From assembly GCA_034669905.1 (NCBI GenBank), contig JAXMOL010000029.1:26010-90009 (forward strand): a DNA stretch of 64,000 bases. The letters are read 5' to 3'. Position numbers and translations under genes: made by a program. The notes beneath the pieces were generated by a model. The model was given only the letters and a program-made list of their open reading frames with translations, was not told the origin of the DNA and ran no database searches. The DNA comes from Candidatus Hydrogenedentota bacterium. Lineage in GTDB: Bacteria; Hydrogenedentota; Hydrogenedentia; Hydrogenedentales; JAEUWI01. Shown here in pieces: positions 41,421-50,833 of this stretch; within the stretch, counting starts at the first letter, position 1, and every line of letters begins with the position of its first letter.

Positions 41421-42766
41421 AAAAGTGGATAGCAATCGCAATCGTGATACTCGTGGCGGGTGGTGCCTTCGCCCTCGTCGTCCGAATGCGCGCGAATGGT
41501 GGGCCGGGCCCGAATGGCACGGCGGACGCCTATCGTTATGCCGTGGTGACACGGGGTTCCATCAGCGAAAAAGTCTCCTGCTCCGGCTACGTGGAATCCA
41601 ACCTGGACGTGGAGATTAAGTGCAAGGCAAGTGGCACCATCTCGGAACTGCCCTTCGACATCAGCGATCCCGTCGAGAAAGGGGCGCTGTTACTCCAGCT
41701 GGACCCGGTGGATGAAAACCGGAATGTGCAGCAGGCGGAGGTCGCCCTGGCCGGCACCGAAGCGAAGCTCGCGAAGGCTCGGCAGGACCTCGTGGTGGCG
41801 GAAATGGATATTAAGAATAGTCGTGCCGATGCCCGGGCCACCCTCGAATCGGCCCTGGCGTCTGCAAAGGACCTCCGGGCAAAGGCCAAACGGATGGCGG
41901 CCCTGCGCGAAAAGGACTATGCCAGCGCCGAGGATGTAGACAGCGCCGAAGCCACGGCCGTCATGGCGGAGAGCGACGCCCAGAAGGCCCGGGTGGGTTT
42001 GGTGAAGATCAGTGCGGACGAGGCCCGGCTTGAACTCCTCCGTCAGGAAATCAAGCTGGCCGAGTCCGATATGGAACAGGCCGGCATCACCCTCGACCAG
42101 GCCCGCCAGCGCCTGAGTGAAACCCATGTATATGCCCCTATTTCGGGTGTCATTTCCAGTCGGCTCGTGCAGATTGGACAGATCATCGCCTCCTCTACGT
42201 CGAACGTGAGCGGTGGTACGTCTCTCATGGAACTCTCCGACCTGTCGCGCATCTTTGTGACCGCCTCGGTGGATGAAAGTGATGTGGGCCAGGTGCGCCC
42301 CGGCCAGACGGGGACCGTGACGGTGGATGCGTTTCCCGACGAGCAATTCCGTGGTGAGGTGGTGCGGGTGGCGACGCGGGGCGAGAACGTATCCAACGTG
42401 GTCACCTTCGATGTGAAGATTGAGATACTGGACGAAAGCAAATCCAAGCTTCGGCCCGAGATGACGGCGGACGTGGAGATTCTTGTGGCGGAGAAGATGG
42501 ACGCGCTCCTGGTTCCCGCCGAAGCCGTGCGCGGCAATGGTCCTCAGAAGACGGTACTGACTCCTGCCTCGGCCCCGGGCGGCGACCCGGAACCGGTGGT
42601 GGTCGTGACCGGGCTTTCCGACGACACGAATACGGAAATCGTCTCAGGTCTCGAAGCCAACGCGGATATCGTCATTGCCCCGGACACCGGCAGCTCGTCG
42701 TGGCAGCGGGGCACAGATTCCGGCGGCCCGCCGCCCATGATGGGTTTTGGCGGGCCACCCCGGTGA
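41417..42766 (+). CDS. MacA-like periplasmic adaptor (membrane fusion protein)
   Basis: N-terminal TM, lipoyl half-motifs, long coiled coil, APISGVI, VDESDVGQV, LRPEMTA. Confidence 0.92.
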   Translation: MKKWIAIAIVILVAGGAFALVVRMRANGGPGPNGTADAYRYAVVTRGSISEKVSCSGYVESNLDVEIKCKASGTISELPFDISDPVEKGALLLQLDPVDENRNVQQAEVALAGTEAKLAKARQDLVVAEMDIKNSRADARATLESALASAKDLRAKAKRMAALREKDYASAEDVDSAEATAVMAESDAQKARVGLVKISADEARLELLRQEIKLAESDMEQAGITLDQARQRLSETHVYAPISGVISSRLVQIGQIIASSTSNVSGGTSLMELSDLSRIFVTASVDESDVGQVRPGQTGTVTVDAFPDEQFRGEVVRVATRGENVSNVVTFDVKIEILDESKSKLRPEMTADVEILVAEKMDALLVPAEAVRGNGPQKTVLTPASAPGGDPEPVVVVTGLSDDTNTEIVSGLEANADIVIAPDTGSSSWQRGTDSGGPPPMMGFGGPPR

Positions 42767-42777
42767 GGAAGCTGAGG

Positions 42778-43545
42778 ATGACCGGAGATATGATCGACAC
42801 GGATACTGCAGCGCCGGGTGAAGTGCCTTACGATGGCGAAGCGCACACGGCGGTGGCCCCCGTTATCGAGGCCAGTAACTTGGTGAAGTCCTATGTGCTC
42901 GGGGATACGGAAGTGCGGGCCCTGGATGGCGTCTCGCTGGCAATCGGGCGTGGTGAGAAGGTTTCCATCACGGGCCCGTCTGGCAGCGGCAAATCGACCC
43001 TCATGAATATCCTGGGGTGCCTGGGCCCGCCGGACTCGGGTTCGTACATTCTGGCGGGGGAGGCGGTGGCCCATCTCTCCGGTAACCGCCTGGCTGAGAT
43101 CCGCAACCGCTACATCGGCTTTGTATTTCAGACCTTTAATCTGTTGCCCCGAATGAGCGCCCTGGAAAACGTGGAATTGCCGTTGCTCTATGGCGGTGCG
43201 CGCGATGCCCGTGCACGGGCGGCTGAGGCCCTCAAGGCGGTCGGCCTGGCGGACCGGATGAATCATGAGTCCAACCAGCTCTCGGGGGGGCAGCGCCAGC
43301 GCGTAGCCATTGCGCGGGCCATCGCCACCGATCCCTCCGTGCTGTTGGCAGACGAGCCGACGGGTAACCTCGACACACGCACCGGCGAGGAGATTATGGA
43401 ATTCTTCGATTCGCTCCATGCCCAGGGGCGGACCATCATCATGGTTACCCATGACCCGGAGGTGGCGCGGCAATGTGACCGGCAAATTCACATACGCGAC
43501 GGACAGATCGTTCCGGGCGAATCCTATGCCCCGGAAGGAGGCTGA
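42778..43545 (+). CDS. ABC transporter ATP-binding protein (MacB/LolD type)
   Basis: GPSGSGKST, LSGGQRQRVAIAR, ADEPTGNLD, VTHD. Confidence 0.95.
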   Translation: MTGDMIDTDTAAPGEVPYDGEAHTAVAPVIEASNLVKSYVLGDTEVRALDGVSLAIGRGEKVSITGPSGSGKSTLMNILGCLGPPDSGSYILAGEAVAHLSGNRLAEIRNRYIGFVFQTFNLLPRMSALENVELPLLYGGARDARARAAEALKAVGLADRMNHESNQLSGGQRQRVAIARAIATDPSVLLADEPTGNLDTRTGEEIMEFFDSLHAQGRTIIMVTHDPEVARQCDRQIHIRDGQIVPGESYAPEGG

Positions 43546-43547
43546 AC

Positions 43548-44759
43548 ATGCTTTTCTGGACGACGCTCAAGGTTTCGTTGCGCAGCCTTCTGGCTAATAA
43601 GCTTCGCACCATCCTCTCCATGCTTGGCATTATTATCGGCGTGGGCGCCGTGATTGCCATGCTCGCGGTGGGCGCGGGCGCGCAGAAAATGGTGCTTTCT
43701 CAGGTAACGGCGCTGGGCTCCAATCTCATCATGATCATGCCGGGCCAGTTCAGGCACGGCGGTGTGCGAAGCGACCCTGTGCAGACCCTGATACTGGACG
43801 ACGCTCGCGCTATTATGGCGGGCGTACCCGAGGTTGTATTGGCCTCTCCGATGGTGCGGGGCTCGGTGCAATTCAAGTACTACGGCGAAAACAAGCAAGC
43901 TACCGTTATGGGCGTGGCTTCGACCTACTTGAAGATTCGTAATTTCGAGCTGGCGGACGGACGCATGTTCACCGAGGGTGAAATAGCACGTCGCGGAAAG
44001 GTGGCTGTGCTGGGTGCGGACCTCGCCACCGATCTCTATGGCGAGGACAACTCCCCCGTGAATACGGAGGTGCGGATGAATGGCGTGGTTTTTACCGTTG
44101 TGGGCGTACTTGAACAAAAAGGTACCCAAGGCCCCTTCAGTTTCGATGACCAGGCACTGGTGCCCTATACCACCGCGATGAATCGGATTCTGGGAAAGGA
44201 CTACCTCGACGAAATCGATTTGAAGATAGATGAGAATGCTGATCAGGAAGCGGTTCAAGATCACATTGAGACCCTTCTGCGGCGCCGCCACGCACTACGG
44301 ACCGACCAGGAAAATGACTACCGGGTGGCCAATATGGCGGAGATGGTTTCGGCCGCCTCCTCCGTAACGAGTACCTTCACGCTGCTCTTGAGTGCGGTTG
44401 CCGGGATTTCCCTGCTGGTGGGGGGCATCGGGATCATGAATATCATGCTCGTTACCGTGACTGAACGGACGCGGGAGATCGGCATCCGGAAGGCCATCGG
44501 CGCGAAGGACCGGGACATCCTCGTGCAGTTCCTGCTGGAAGCCATCGTATTGAGCACGTTGGGTGGACTGGTCGGTATCGGCGCAGGTGTTGGGGTTGCC
44601 AAGGCGGCCACCCTGGTGAGTGGCTTTCCCACCATCATTAACACGGCCTACATGATCGTGGCCCTGTCCTTTTCTGTGGGCGTGGGCGTATTTTTCGGAT
44701 TCTACCCCGCCCGCCGTGCGGCGGCACTCGACCCCATCGAGGCCCTGAGCTATGAATAA
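43548..44759 (+). CDS. ABC transporter permease (MacB type)
   Basis: NKLRTILSMLGIIIGV, GGIGIMNIMLVTVTERTREIGIRKAIGA, PARRAA.LDPIEAL. Confidence 0.95.
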   Translation: MLFWTTLKVSLRSLLANKLRTILSMLGIIIGVGAVIAMLAVGAGAQKMVLSQVTALGSNLIMIMPGQFRHGGVRSDPVQTLILDDARAIMAGVPEVVLASPMVRGSVQFKYYGENKQATVMGVASTYLKIRNFELADGRMFTEGEIARRGKVAVLGADLATDLYGEDNSPVNTEVRMNGVVFTVVGVLEQKGTQGPFSFDDQALVPYTTAMNRILGKDYLDEIDLKIDENADQEAVQDHIETLLRRRHALRTDQENDYRVANMAEMVSAASSVTSTFTLLLSAVAGISLLVGGIGIMNIMLVTVTERTREIGIRKAIGAKDRDILVQFLLEAIVLSTLGGLVGIGAGVGVAKAATLVSGFPTIINTAYMIVALSFSVGVGVFFGFYPARRAAALDPIEALSYE

Positions 44760-44873
44760 AAGGGGGCGGTGGCGAACAAGGGCGCCCTGGCGTAATTCCG
44801 CTGACGAAACCTGAAACACACGGACCCTGACGTAGGTCACGTGCGCGTCTTGCTTGTCGTCGCGGGGGGGCAC

Positions 44874-45155
44874 TAAACAGGCGAAGATTCATCTCGGACA
44901 TTTTCCAAGTCATTCGGTTGCCATCTTAAAGATTTGGGTCTTGGGAGCGCAGGCGGCTCGCCTGCATTACGTCGAAGATGTAAAAACTACGTGCCTTCGG
45001 CCCGTGGCAGGCGGGCCGTCTGCGCTCCCAAATGTCAAAGACTTCTTTTAATCAATAGTGGCCAAGCCGAACGTCCGTTGGCCTCTTGCAGGCGCTTGCC
45101 TACGCTGTCATAACGAACGAGTTGGATTTGATCGAGGTCTCCCTTCGCTTATCTA
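44874..45155. mobile_element. ~280 bp MITE with TA target duplication and nested REP doublet
   Basis: TA-AACAGGCGAAG...CTTCGCTTATC-TA imperfect TIRs; highly similar to 63643-63923. Confidence 0.85.
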
Positions 45156-46484
45156 GACCTCCCAACTGCGCTCGGGGCGGGTGCGCAGGCTGTTGGCTTC
45201 GTCATCGTTAAGGAAGGTTTCGGTTTTCGGATCGAGTTTCAGGGGGCGGTTCAAGAGCCAGGCCAGGGCAGCGGCGTGGCAGGCGATGTGAGAGTGGCGC
45301 ATGACCTTGGGGTTGGTCACGGTGGGTTGGCGGGATTTGACGCAGTCGATGAAGTTTCGGGCATGGGCGACCACGTCGAGGCCGGGCTGGTCATTGACCT
45401 GATCGGCGGTCCGGGGTTGGGGCAGTTCGGGGAGGGCGCTTTGGAGGGTTTCGGGACCGGCTACAATGCCCCCCGTGTCGCCGGTCTCCACCCAACCTGC
45501 CTCACCGACAAAGCGCACGGGGCAGGTGCCGAGTTCTTGAACCCAGCCCGGCCGTTCGGCGAAGGGTGTGTCGAGGAAATCCAGGATGAGCTCGACGCCA
45601 TTTTCGTAGCGCGCCGTGATATTTTTCTCACCGGGAACGTATTCCACCGGCATGGTGTCGTCGGCGTTGATGGCCCATTGGCACAAGTCGACGGTGTGGG
45701 CGCCCCAGTCCAGGAGGCGTGCACCCGAGTCTAATTCATAGTGTCCACGCCAGCCGCCCCGCGCGTATTTGCTGTTGTAGATGCGCCACGGCGCGGGTCC
45801 CAGCCACAGGTTCCAGTCCACGTCATCTTTCGCGGGCGTGGGCTCGGCGGGCAGCCACTCGGTTACGTAGCTTGGCCGATAGATGGATGCGTAGAGGGAC
45901 TTTATTTTACCGAGTTTCCCCGATTGGGCGAACTCCACCGCCTGGCGGAAGTTGGGCACACTGCGTCGTTGGGTACCCGCCTGGAAGATCCGGCCGGTAC
46001 GCTCGAAGGTGTCGGACAAACGTTGGCAGAGGTCGATGGTGATGGCGCAGGGTTTTTCGCAGTAGACATCTTTTCCCGCTTCGGCGGCTATCATGGCGGC
46101 ATGGGCGTGCCAGCGGTCGCCCGTGGCGATGAGGACGGCATCGATATCGTCGCGGGCGAGGAGTTCGCGGAAGTCGCTATAGACCACGCAATCGGTATTG
46201 CCATTGAGCTCATCAATAAGCGCTTTGCCCGCATCGCGACGGCTGCGTTGCACGTCGGCCACGGCGACGCACTGCACATCGGGCAATTTAAGCATGCCAC
46301 CGAGGACGTAGCGGCAGCGGGGGCCGCAGCCGATGACGCCCAGGGTAATCTTCTCGCTGGGCGCTACGGGGGCATTCTGCCCCAATGCGTGGGTAGGCAC
46401 CATCAACGGAATGGAGAGGCCCGTCGTGGAGGCCAGGGTGCTTTGCATAAATTGTCGGCGCGTGGGCTGGTGGGTACGTTTCAT
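45153..46484 (-). CDS. Gfo/Idh/MocA family oxidoreductase, Tat-exported
   Basis: TRRQFM signal; GVIGCG, ATGDRWHA, DVYCEKP, QAGTQRRS, WLGPAP. Confidence 0.93.
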   Translation of the reverse strand: MKRTHQPTRRQFMQSTLASTTGLSIPLMVPTHALGQNAPVAPSEKITLGVIGCGPRCRYVLGGMLKLPDVQCVAVADVQRSRRDAGKALIDELNGNTDCVVYSDFRELLARDDIDAVLIATGDRWHAHAAMIAAEAGKDVYCEKPCAITIDLCQRLSDTFERTGRIFQAGTQRRSVPNFRQAVEFAQSGKLGKIKSLYASIYRPSYVTEWLPAEPTPAKDDVDWNLWLGPAPWRIYNSKYARGGWRGHYELDSGARLLDWGAHTVDLCQWAINADDTMPVEYVPGEKNITARYENGVELILDFLDTPFAERPGWVQELGTCPVRFVGEAGWVETGDTGGIVAGPETLQSALPELPQPRTADQVNDQPGLDVVAHARNFIDCVKSRQPTVTNPKVMRHSHIACHAAALAWLLNRPLKLDPKTETFLNDDEANSLRTRPERSWEV

Positions 46485-46567
46485 GACCGTTGGGGCTCCT
46501 TGGGATTGATGCCGCGGAATAGGGTGACAGCGAGGCCTTCCCCCCTGCCTGGGAGGCGTCCATCCTG

Positions 46568-46603
46568 TTGATTTAAGCAGACGGGCCCGAGGGAGTCAAG
46601 GAC
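46568..46603 (-). promoter_or_regulatory. conserved promoter/operator, twin of 3562-3597
   Basis: TTGATTTAAGCAGA-N11-GAGTCAAGGAC on the + strand, ~85 bp upstream of the oxidoreductase start. Confidence 0.6.
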
Positions 46604-46752
46604 CGGGTTTGTGCCGAGCGGTCTTGGGAGGATAGGATTGGGGTGGGCATGCTGGAGTTGCAGTCGAAGCAGGCCGGGTGTTTTATCTCCTTGATGGGCA
46701 TCTGGCGTGAACAGTCTCCCCTGTAGAACACAGGAAGCAAAAGGAACGCCCC

Positions 46753-48912
46753 ATGCCTCATCGCCCTCTATCTATCTTAATCGCCATTTTCCTGGCCCCC
46801 GCCGCGCTCGCGACATCGGAAGGCGCCGCGGAACTGCCATTGGAGGTAGGCCCCTATGGGCAGCCGGTCCACGTGCCCTATGACAACGGGAATGGCCTTC
46901 CCGCCGAAGGCGTCGCTCGAGTGGCGGTGGACAGGGACGGGGCGGTATATGCCACGACAGCTTCGGAGGCACGCTATCGGCTGAGCGACGGCACCTGGTC
47001 GCGTGGGGCAGCGGATGGGACAGCCGACGGACTCTTTCCGTCGTTACCGACCTATGATAGCCTGAATTCCGTGGGAGTGACTTCGGATGCGGTGCGGGAC
47101 GTCGCGATGCATGAAGGAGAGATTGCCATCGCAGCGGCGTCGGGGCTGTATCTGGGGGATGGCGAGCGCTGGTCTCTTGGTCTTCCGGTGTCGGGTACCG
47201 AGCGTTGGGCACCGGTCGATGTGCGTGCCGTGGCCTATGACAACCAGGGGCGACTGTGGTTTGCCGCGCCCCAGGGTGTGGGCTATCGTGAGTCCGCAAC
47301 GGCGTGGAAACTGTTCACCGGTGACGAGGGGCTTCCCTTCAACGACTTTACCTGTATGGCCGCCGGTCCGGAGAGTGTCTGGTTTGGCACGACGAATGGG
47401 GCCATCCAGTATCGGGACGGGCAATGGCATTTTCGCCAGGGGCGGCGGTGGTTGTTGGACAACCATGTGCTGGATATCGCCGTCGACAGAGAGGGCACGG
47501 CATGGATCGCGACCTCGGGTGGGGTGTCTGCCATCCAGAACACGCCGATGACCCTGGCGGAGAAAGCGAAGTTTTTCGAAGAAGAAGTCGAAAGGTACCA
47601 CCGTCGCACAACGTTTGGCTATGTGAATCCGGCGACCCTGGCGGTGCCGGGGGATAAATCGACGGCGAAAGCCCGCTTTTCGGACAATGACGGTTTTAAT
47701 ACGGGGCTTTATCTTGGCGCCATGAGCTTCGCCTGGGCCACGACGGGAGAGGAAAAGTATCGGGGCTATGCCCATGACGCCTTTCGCGCCCTGGCCTTCT
47801 TGAGCGAAGTCACGCAGGGGGGACCCTATGGCGGTCCCGAGGGACTCATTGCCCGCAACGTGGTGCCCACGACGGAACCGGATCCAGGGGCGGTTTATGA
47901 CAAGGACTATGATGTTCGCCGCAACGAACGGGACTCCCTCTGGAAGATTATGGAGCGGCGGGTGCCGGTGGATAAGACAGGGGATTGGTATTGGAAGACC
48001 GATGCGAGTTCCGATGAACTCGATGGCCACTTCTTTGGCGCGGCGATTTACTTCGATCGGGTGTGCGCCACGGAAGCGGAGCGGGACCGGGTGCGCGTGG
48101 TGGTGCGGCGGATCATGGACCACCTGATCACCCACAACTACAACCTGGTGGACTACGATGGCAAGCCCACGCGCTGGGGGCGTTTCTCGCCGGACGATTT
48201 GAATCGGGACCCCGCGTGGCATGCGGAGCGGGGTCTGAACTGCTACAGCATTCTGACCTATCTCTCCATCGCACACCATGTGCTGGGTGATGAGAAGTAT
48301 CGTGAGGAATACCTGAAGCTCGCCTATGAGGAGGCCTATGGAATGAATGGCATGTCGCAGCCGAAAGATGTGTCCGGTCCCCATGACCCCGGCCATCAGC
48401 CGGATGACAACATGGCCTTTATGAACTACTACCACCTGATTCGCTACGAGACCGACCCGAAATTGCTCAGCATGTATCAGTTTGCGATTCGGGAGCACTG
48501 GGAATATGAGCGACTCGACCGCAACTCCTTTTCCAACTTTGTGTATGGGGCCTGCGCCCGGGGCAAGAGCCGAACGGACCAATGGCGCACGACGGAGCTT
48601 TCACCGCCGGCGTCGTGCTATGAAGATGCGGTGGACACGTTGAAACGATATCCGCTGGATTTGGTCGAGTGGTCCATGTCGAATGCCCATCGCATTGATA
48701 TGACGCCGGTAGCCCACCATGGCGATGGGCCGACCACCATGGGGGGGGATGCACAGGGCTATGCCTATCCCATTGATGAGCGGTTGGAATCGTATTGGGA
48801 CTGGAACTACTGGAAGCTTTCCTACAAGGGGGACGGCACGACCCTCCGTCCGCCCCATCACTATCTGCTGGCCTACTACCTGGGCCGCTATCACGGATTT
48901 ATTGCGGACTGA
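46753..48912 (+). CDS. secreted protein: N-terminal beta-propeller repeats plus a helical C-terminal domain
   Basis: Signal peptide; GLP...V..VAVD.DG and GRLWF/WFGT/WIAT repeats; C-terminal SDNDG..T, WKTDASSDE, TRWG; function unknown. Confidence 0.75.
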   Translation: MPHRPLSILIAIFLAPAALATSEGAAELPLEVGPYGQPVHVPYDNGNGLPAEGVARVAVDRDGAVYATTASEARYRLSDGTWSRGAADGTADGLFPSLPTYDSLNSVGVTSDAVRDVAMHEGEIAIAAASGLYLGDGERWSLGLPVSGTERWAPVDVRAVAYDNQGRLWFAAPQGVGYRESATAWKLFTGDEGLPFNDFTCMAAGPESVWFGTTNGAIQYRDGQWHFRQGRRWLLDNHVLDIAVDREGTAWIATSGGVSAIQNTPMTLAEKAKFFEEEVERYHRRTTFGYVNPATLAVPGDKSTAKARFSDNDGFNTGLYLGAMSFAWATTGEEKYRGYAHDAFRALAFLSEVTQGGPYGGPEGLIARNVVPTTEPDPGAVYDKDYDVRRNERDSLWKIMERRVPVDKTGDWYWKTDASSDELDGHFFGAAIYFDRVCATEAERDRVRVVVRRIMDHLITHNYNLVDYDGKPTRWGRFSPDDLNRDPAWHAERGLNCYSILTYLSIAHHVLGDEKYREEYLKLAYEEAYGMNGMSQPKDVSGPHDPGHQPDDNMAFMNYYHLIRYETDPKLLSMYQFAIREHWEYERLDRNSFSNFVYGACARGKSRTDQWRTTELSPPASCYEDAVDTLKRYPLDLVEWSMSNAHRIDMTPVAHHGDGPTTMGGDAQGYAYPIDERLESYWDWNYWKLSYKGDGTTLRPPHHYLLAYYLGRYHGFIAD

Positions 48913-48934
48913 AAGTTCGACACGGAGTAACAAG

Positions 48935-48974
48935 AAAAAACGGGAGCGCCGTCGTGGCGCTCCCGTTCTGTTTT
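48935..48974. terminator. bidirectional intrinsic terminator between convergent genes
   Basis: 12 bp stem AACGGGAGCGCC / GGCGCTCCCGTT, flanked by A and T runs. Confidence 0.8.
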
Positions 48975-48996
48975 CCAGTGGGTTGGCGATGGCTAC

Positions 48997-50517
48997 TTAG
49001 GGCAGCATGATGTAGGAGACGTGGGTCGTGCCGCTGTTGTCTCCGTTCTTGAACGCGACCGTCTTGTTGAAGATGTCGACGTTCGAGCCACGGGTGCCGT
49101 AGTTGTCATCGATGCAGGTCACACACGGAACGTGGGTGAAGACGCCCCCTGCGCTTACCTGCAGGTATTCGCCGGAGCCGACGGTGTCGTAGCCCGAAAG
49201 GAAAATCAGGCTGCCATCGTCGGTAATCGCGGCATACTGACCCCAACCGAAGACACCGTTGTTGGTCGTGCTGCCGTCGATGAAGTTATTGCCTGCAGCG
49301 TCCCCTGCGGCCAGGAAGGTTGCCAGGTCGGCCTCGGTGGCAATGCTGCCGATGGCCGAGCGCTGATCACCCCCGTTGCTGTCGTTGGCATCCCGATCAA
49401 GGAAGAAGAGGAACTTGCCGCCGTTGAGGGCGACCAATCCCGTGGCTTCTTCACCGGCGAGGAACATGCCGTCCGTGTAGTTGAGGGCAGTGACATTGTG
49501 CTCTGAGGTGTCATCGAGGAAGAGCACCAGATTGCCGTGAATCTTAAACAGGCTATCGAGGTCAATGCCGTCTGCGTGGGTGAAGACCGTCGGCTCGGTT
49601 TCGGGGTTGTCGATATCCCAGATGAGGAAGGCGTCCATGCCACCGACCGATGCGGCACCGACGACGACACGGGCTTCGGCATCGACCACGGCGTGGTCGA
49701 CGCGGTTGATTTCATTGTCACCCGTGGGGCTGGCGAGTCCAATTACAACGGGGGTTTCTCCACTGACATCGATGACAGCGATGTGGTTGCCGGTGTCGCC
49801 GTCTTCATTGCGGACGACAACGAGGTTGCCATCGGATTGAAGGGTGCCTGGGGAATCCTGGCCCGATGGCGAGTTAATGGGGCGGACATCTGTTTCGGGG
49901 ATTTCCGTCAGCGTGTTGTTTTCGGTGTCGTAGATTGAAACGACCAGGTTGTTGACGAGGGCAATTTTCTTACCCGCGACAGCAAAGTTACCGGCCTGGA
50001 AGCCCGAAAGGGCATCGATTCCGAGGCCCGTGTCACCGGCCGTGAATTCGGACGGGATGATGTAGCCCACCCCACTGAAACCACCATAGCCGTAGACCAC
50101 GAGGTCATCACCGGCACGGATCATACCCTGCTGGTGCATTTCGATTTTGGTGCTGACGGCCGTGAGATTGATCTCACCTTCTCCCTCGCCTTCACCCTCG
50201 CCTTCTCCTTCTCCTTCTCCTTCACCTTCGCCTTCACCCTCACCACCCGCAGGTGCGACCGCTTCCAATTCTGCCAGCGTCAAAAATCCGTCGGCATTGG
50301 CGTCGATACTGTTGAAGTTGGCTTCTGTCAGGTTGGAGTTGGCCGCCTGGGCCTCGGCCAACGTCAGCTGACCGTCACTGTCGCCGTCTGCGGTGTCAAA
50401 GTTGTCTCTCAGGTCTGCCGCAATCGTCGCGACGGTTGGTGGCTGGCATCCGCTGAACACAGCGGCGACCAACGCAATCATTAATACGGGTGTCAGTTGT
50501 CGAAATGGTGTCATCAC
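48997..50517 (-). CDS. lipoprotein with EF-hand pair, (GE)12 linker and acidic beta-rich domain
   Basis: Lipobox FSGC; DGDSDGQLTLAE and DANADGFLTLAE loops; GE repeat. Confidence 0.85.
   Translation of the reverse strand: MMTPFRQLTPVLMIALVAAVFSGCQPPTVATIAADLRDNFDTADGDSDGQLTLAEAQAANSNLTEANFNSIDANADGFLTLAELEAVAPAGGEGEGEGEGEGEGEGEGEGEGEGEINLTAVSTKIEMHQQGMIRAGDDLVVYGYGGFSGVGYIIPSEFTAGDTGLGIDALSGFQAGNFAVAGKKIALVNNLVVSIYDTENNTLTEIPETDVRPINSPSGQDSPGTLQSDGNLVVVRNEDGDTGNHIAVIDVSGETPVVIGLASPTGDNEINRVDHAVVDAEARVVVGAASVGGMDAFLIWDIDNPETEPTVFTHADGIDLDSLFKIHGNLVLFLDDTSEHNVTALNYTDGMFLAGEEATGLVALNGGKFLFFLDRDANDSNGGDQRSAIGSIATEADLATFLAAGDAAGNNFIDGSTTNNGVFGWGQYAAITDDGSLIFLSGYDTVGSGEYLQVSAGGVFTHVPCVTCIDDNYGTRGSNVDIFNKTVAFKNGDNSGTTHVSYIMLP
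50173..50244 (-). repeat. (Gly-Glu)12 coding hexamer repeat
   Basis: 12 hexamers of pattern YTCNCC on the + strand with synonymous variation. Confidence 0.95.
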
Positions 50518-50582
50518 AGCTCTTCCTTTTTTTGAATGGGTCCCATACCCCTCTCCGAAATGGCATTAGAGGTTCGGTAATA

Positions 50583-50611
50583 ACCGTATCGCACTTTTCC
50601 AGTTTAGTCAA
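50583..50611 (-). promoter_or_regulatory. sigma70-type promoter for the GE-linker gene
   Basis: TTGACT-N17-TACGGT on the minus strand. Confidence 0.45.
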
Positions 50612-50833
50612 GAATCTACCCAAAAAACCGGTAAATGGCGGGTTTTTTTAGAGAGAATAGCCGGGCCTGGACATCGTTCTGAAGCGCACGGGGCAGGATA
50701 GGAGAAGGGGTGGGAAGTATGCTACCGATAACATTTTCCCCTGTTCTGGTGTTTCCATGGGACGCCACAACGCAGGAAACGGCCCATGGGACTTTACCCA
50801 TGGGCCGTGCGGTGGTGGGGGGAGGGCGGTGAC

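Noticed and set aside
44854..45051. Short ORFs within the MITE copies (also 4889-5101, 63695-63961)
   Set aside because: Start and stop positions are not conserved between copies; no transposase motifs
50173..50244. Phase-variable simple sequence repeat
   Set aside because: In-frame hexamer with synonymous heterogeneity; slippage would not switch expression
50622..50649. Terminator after the di-heme gene
   Set aside because: The stem is mostly A/T with a poorly paired core; too weak to call
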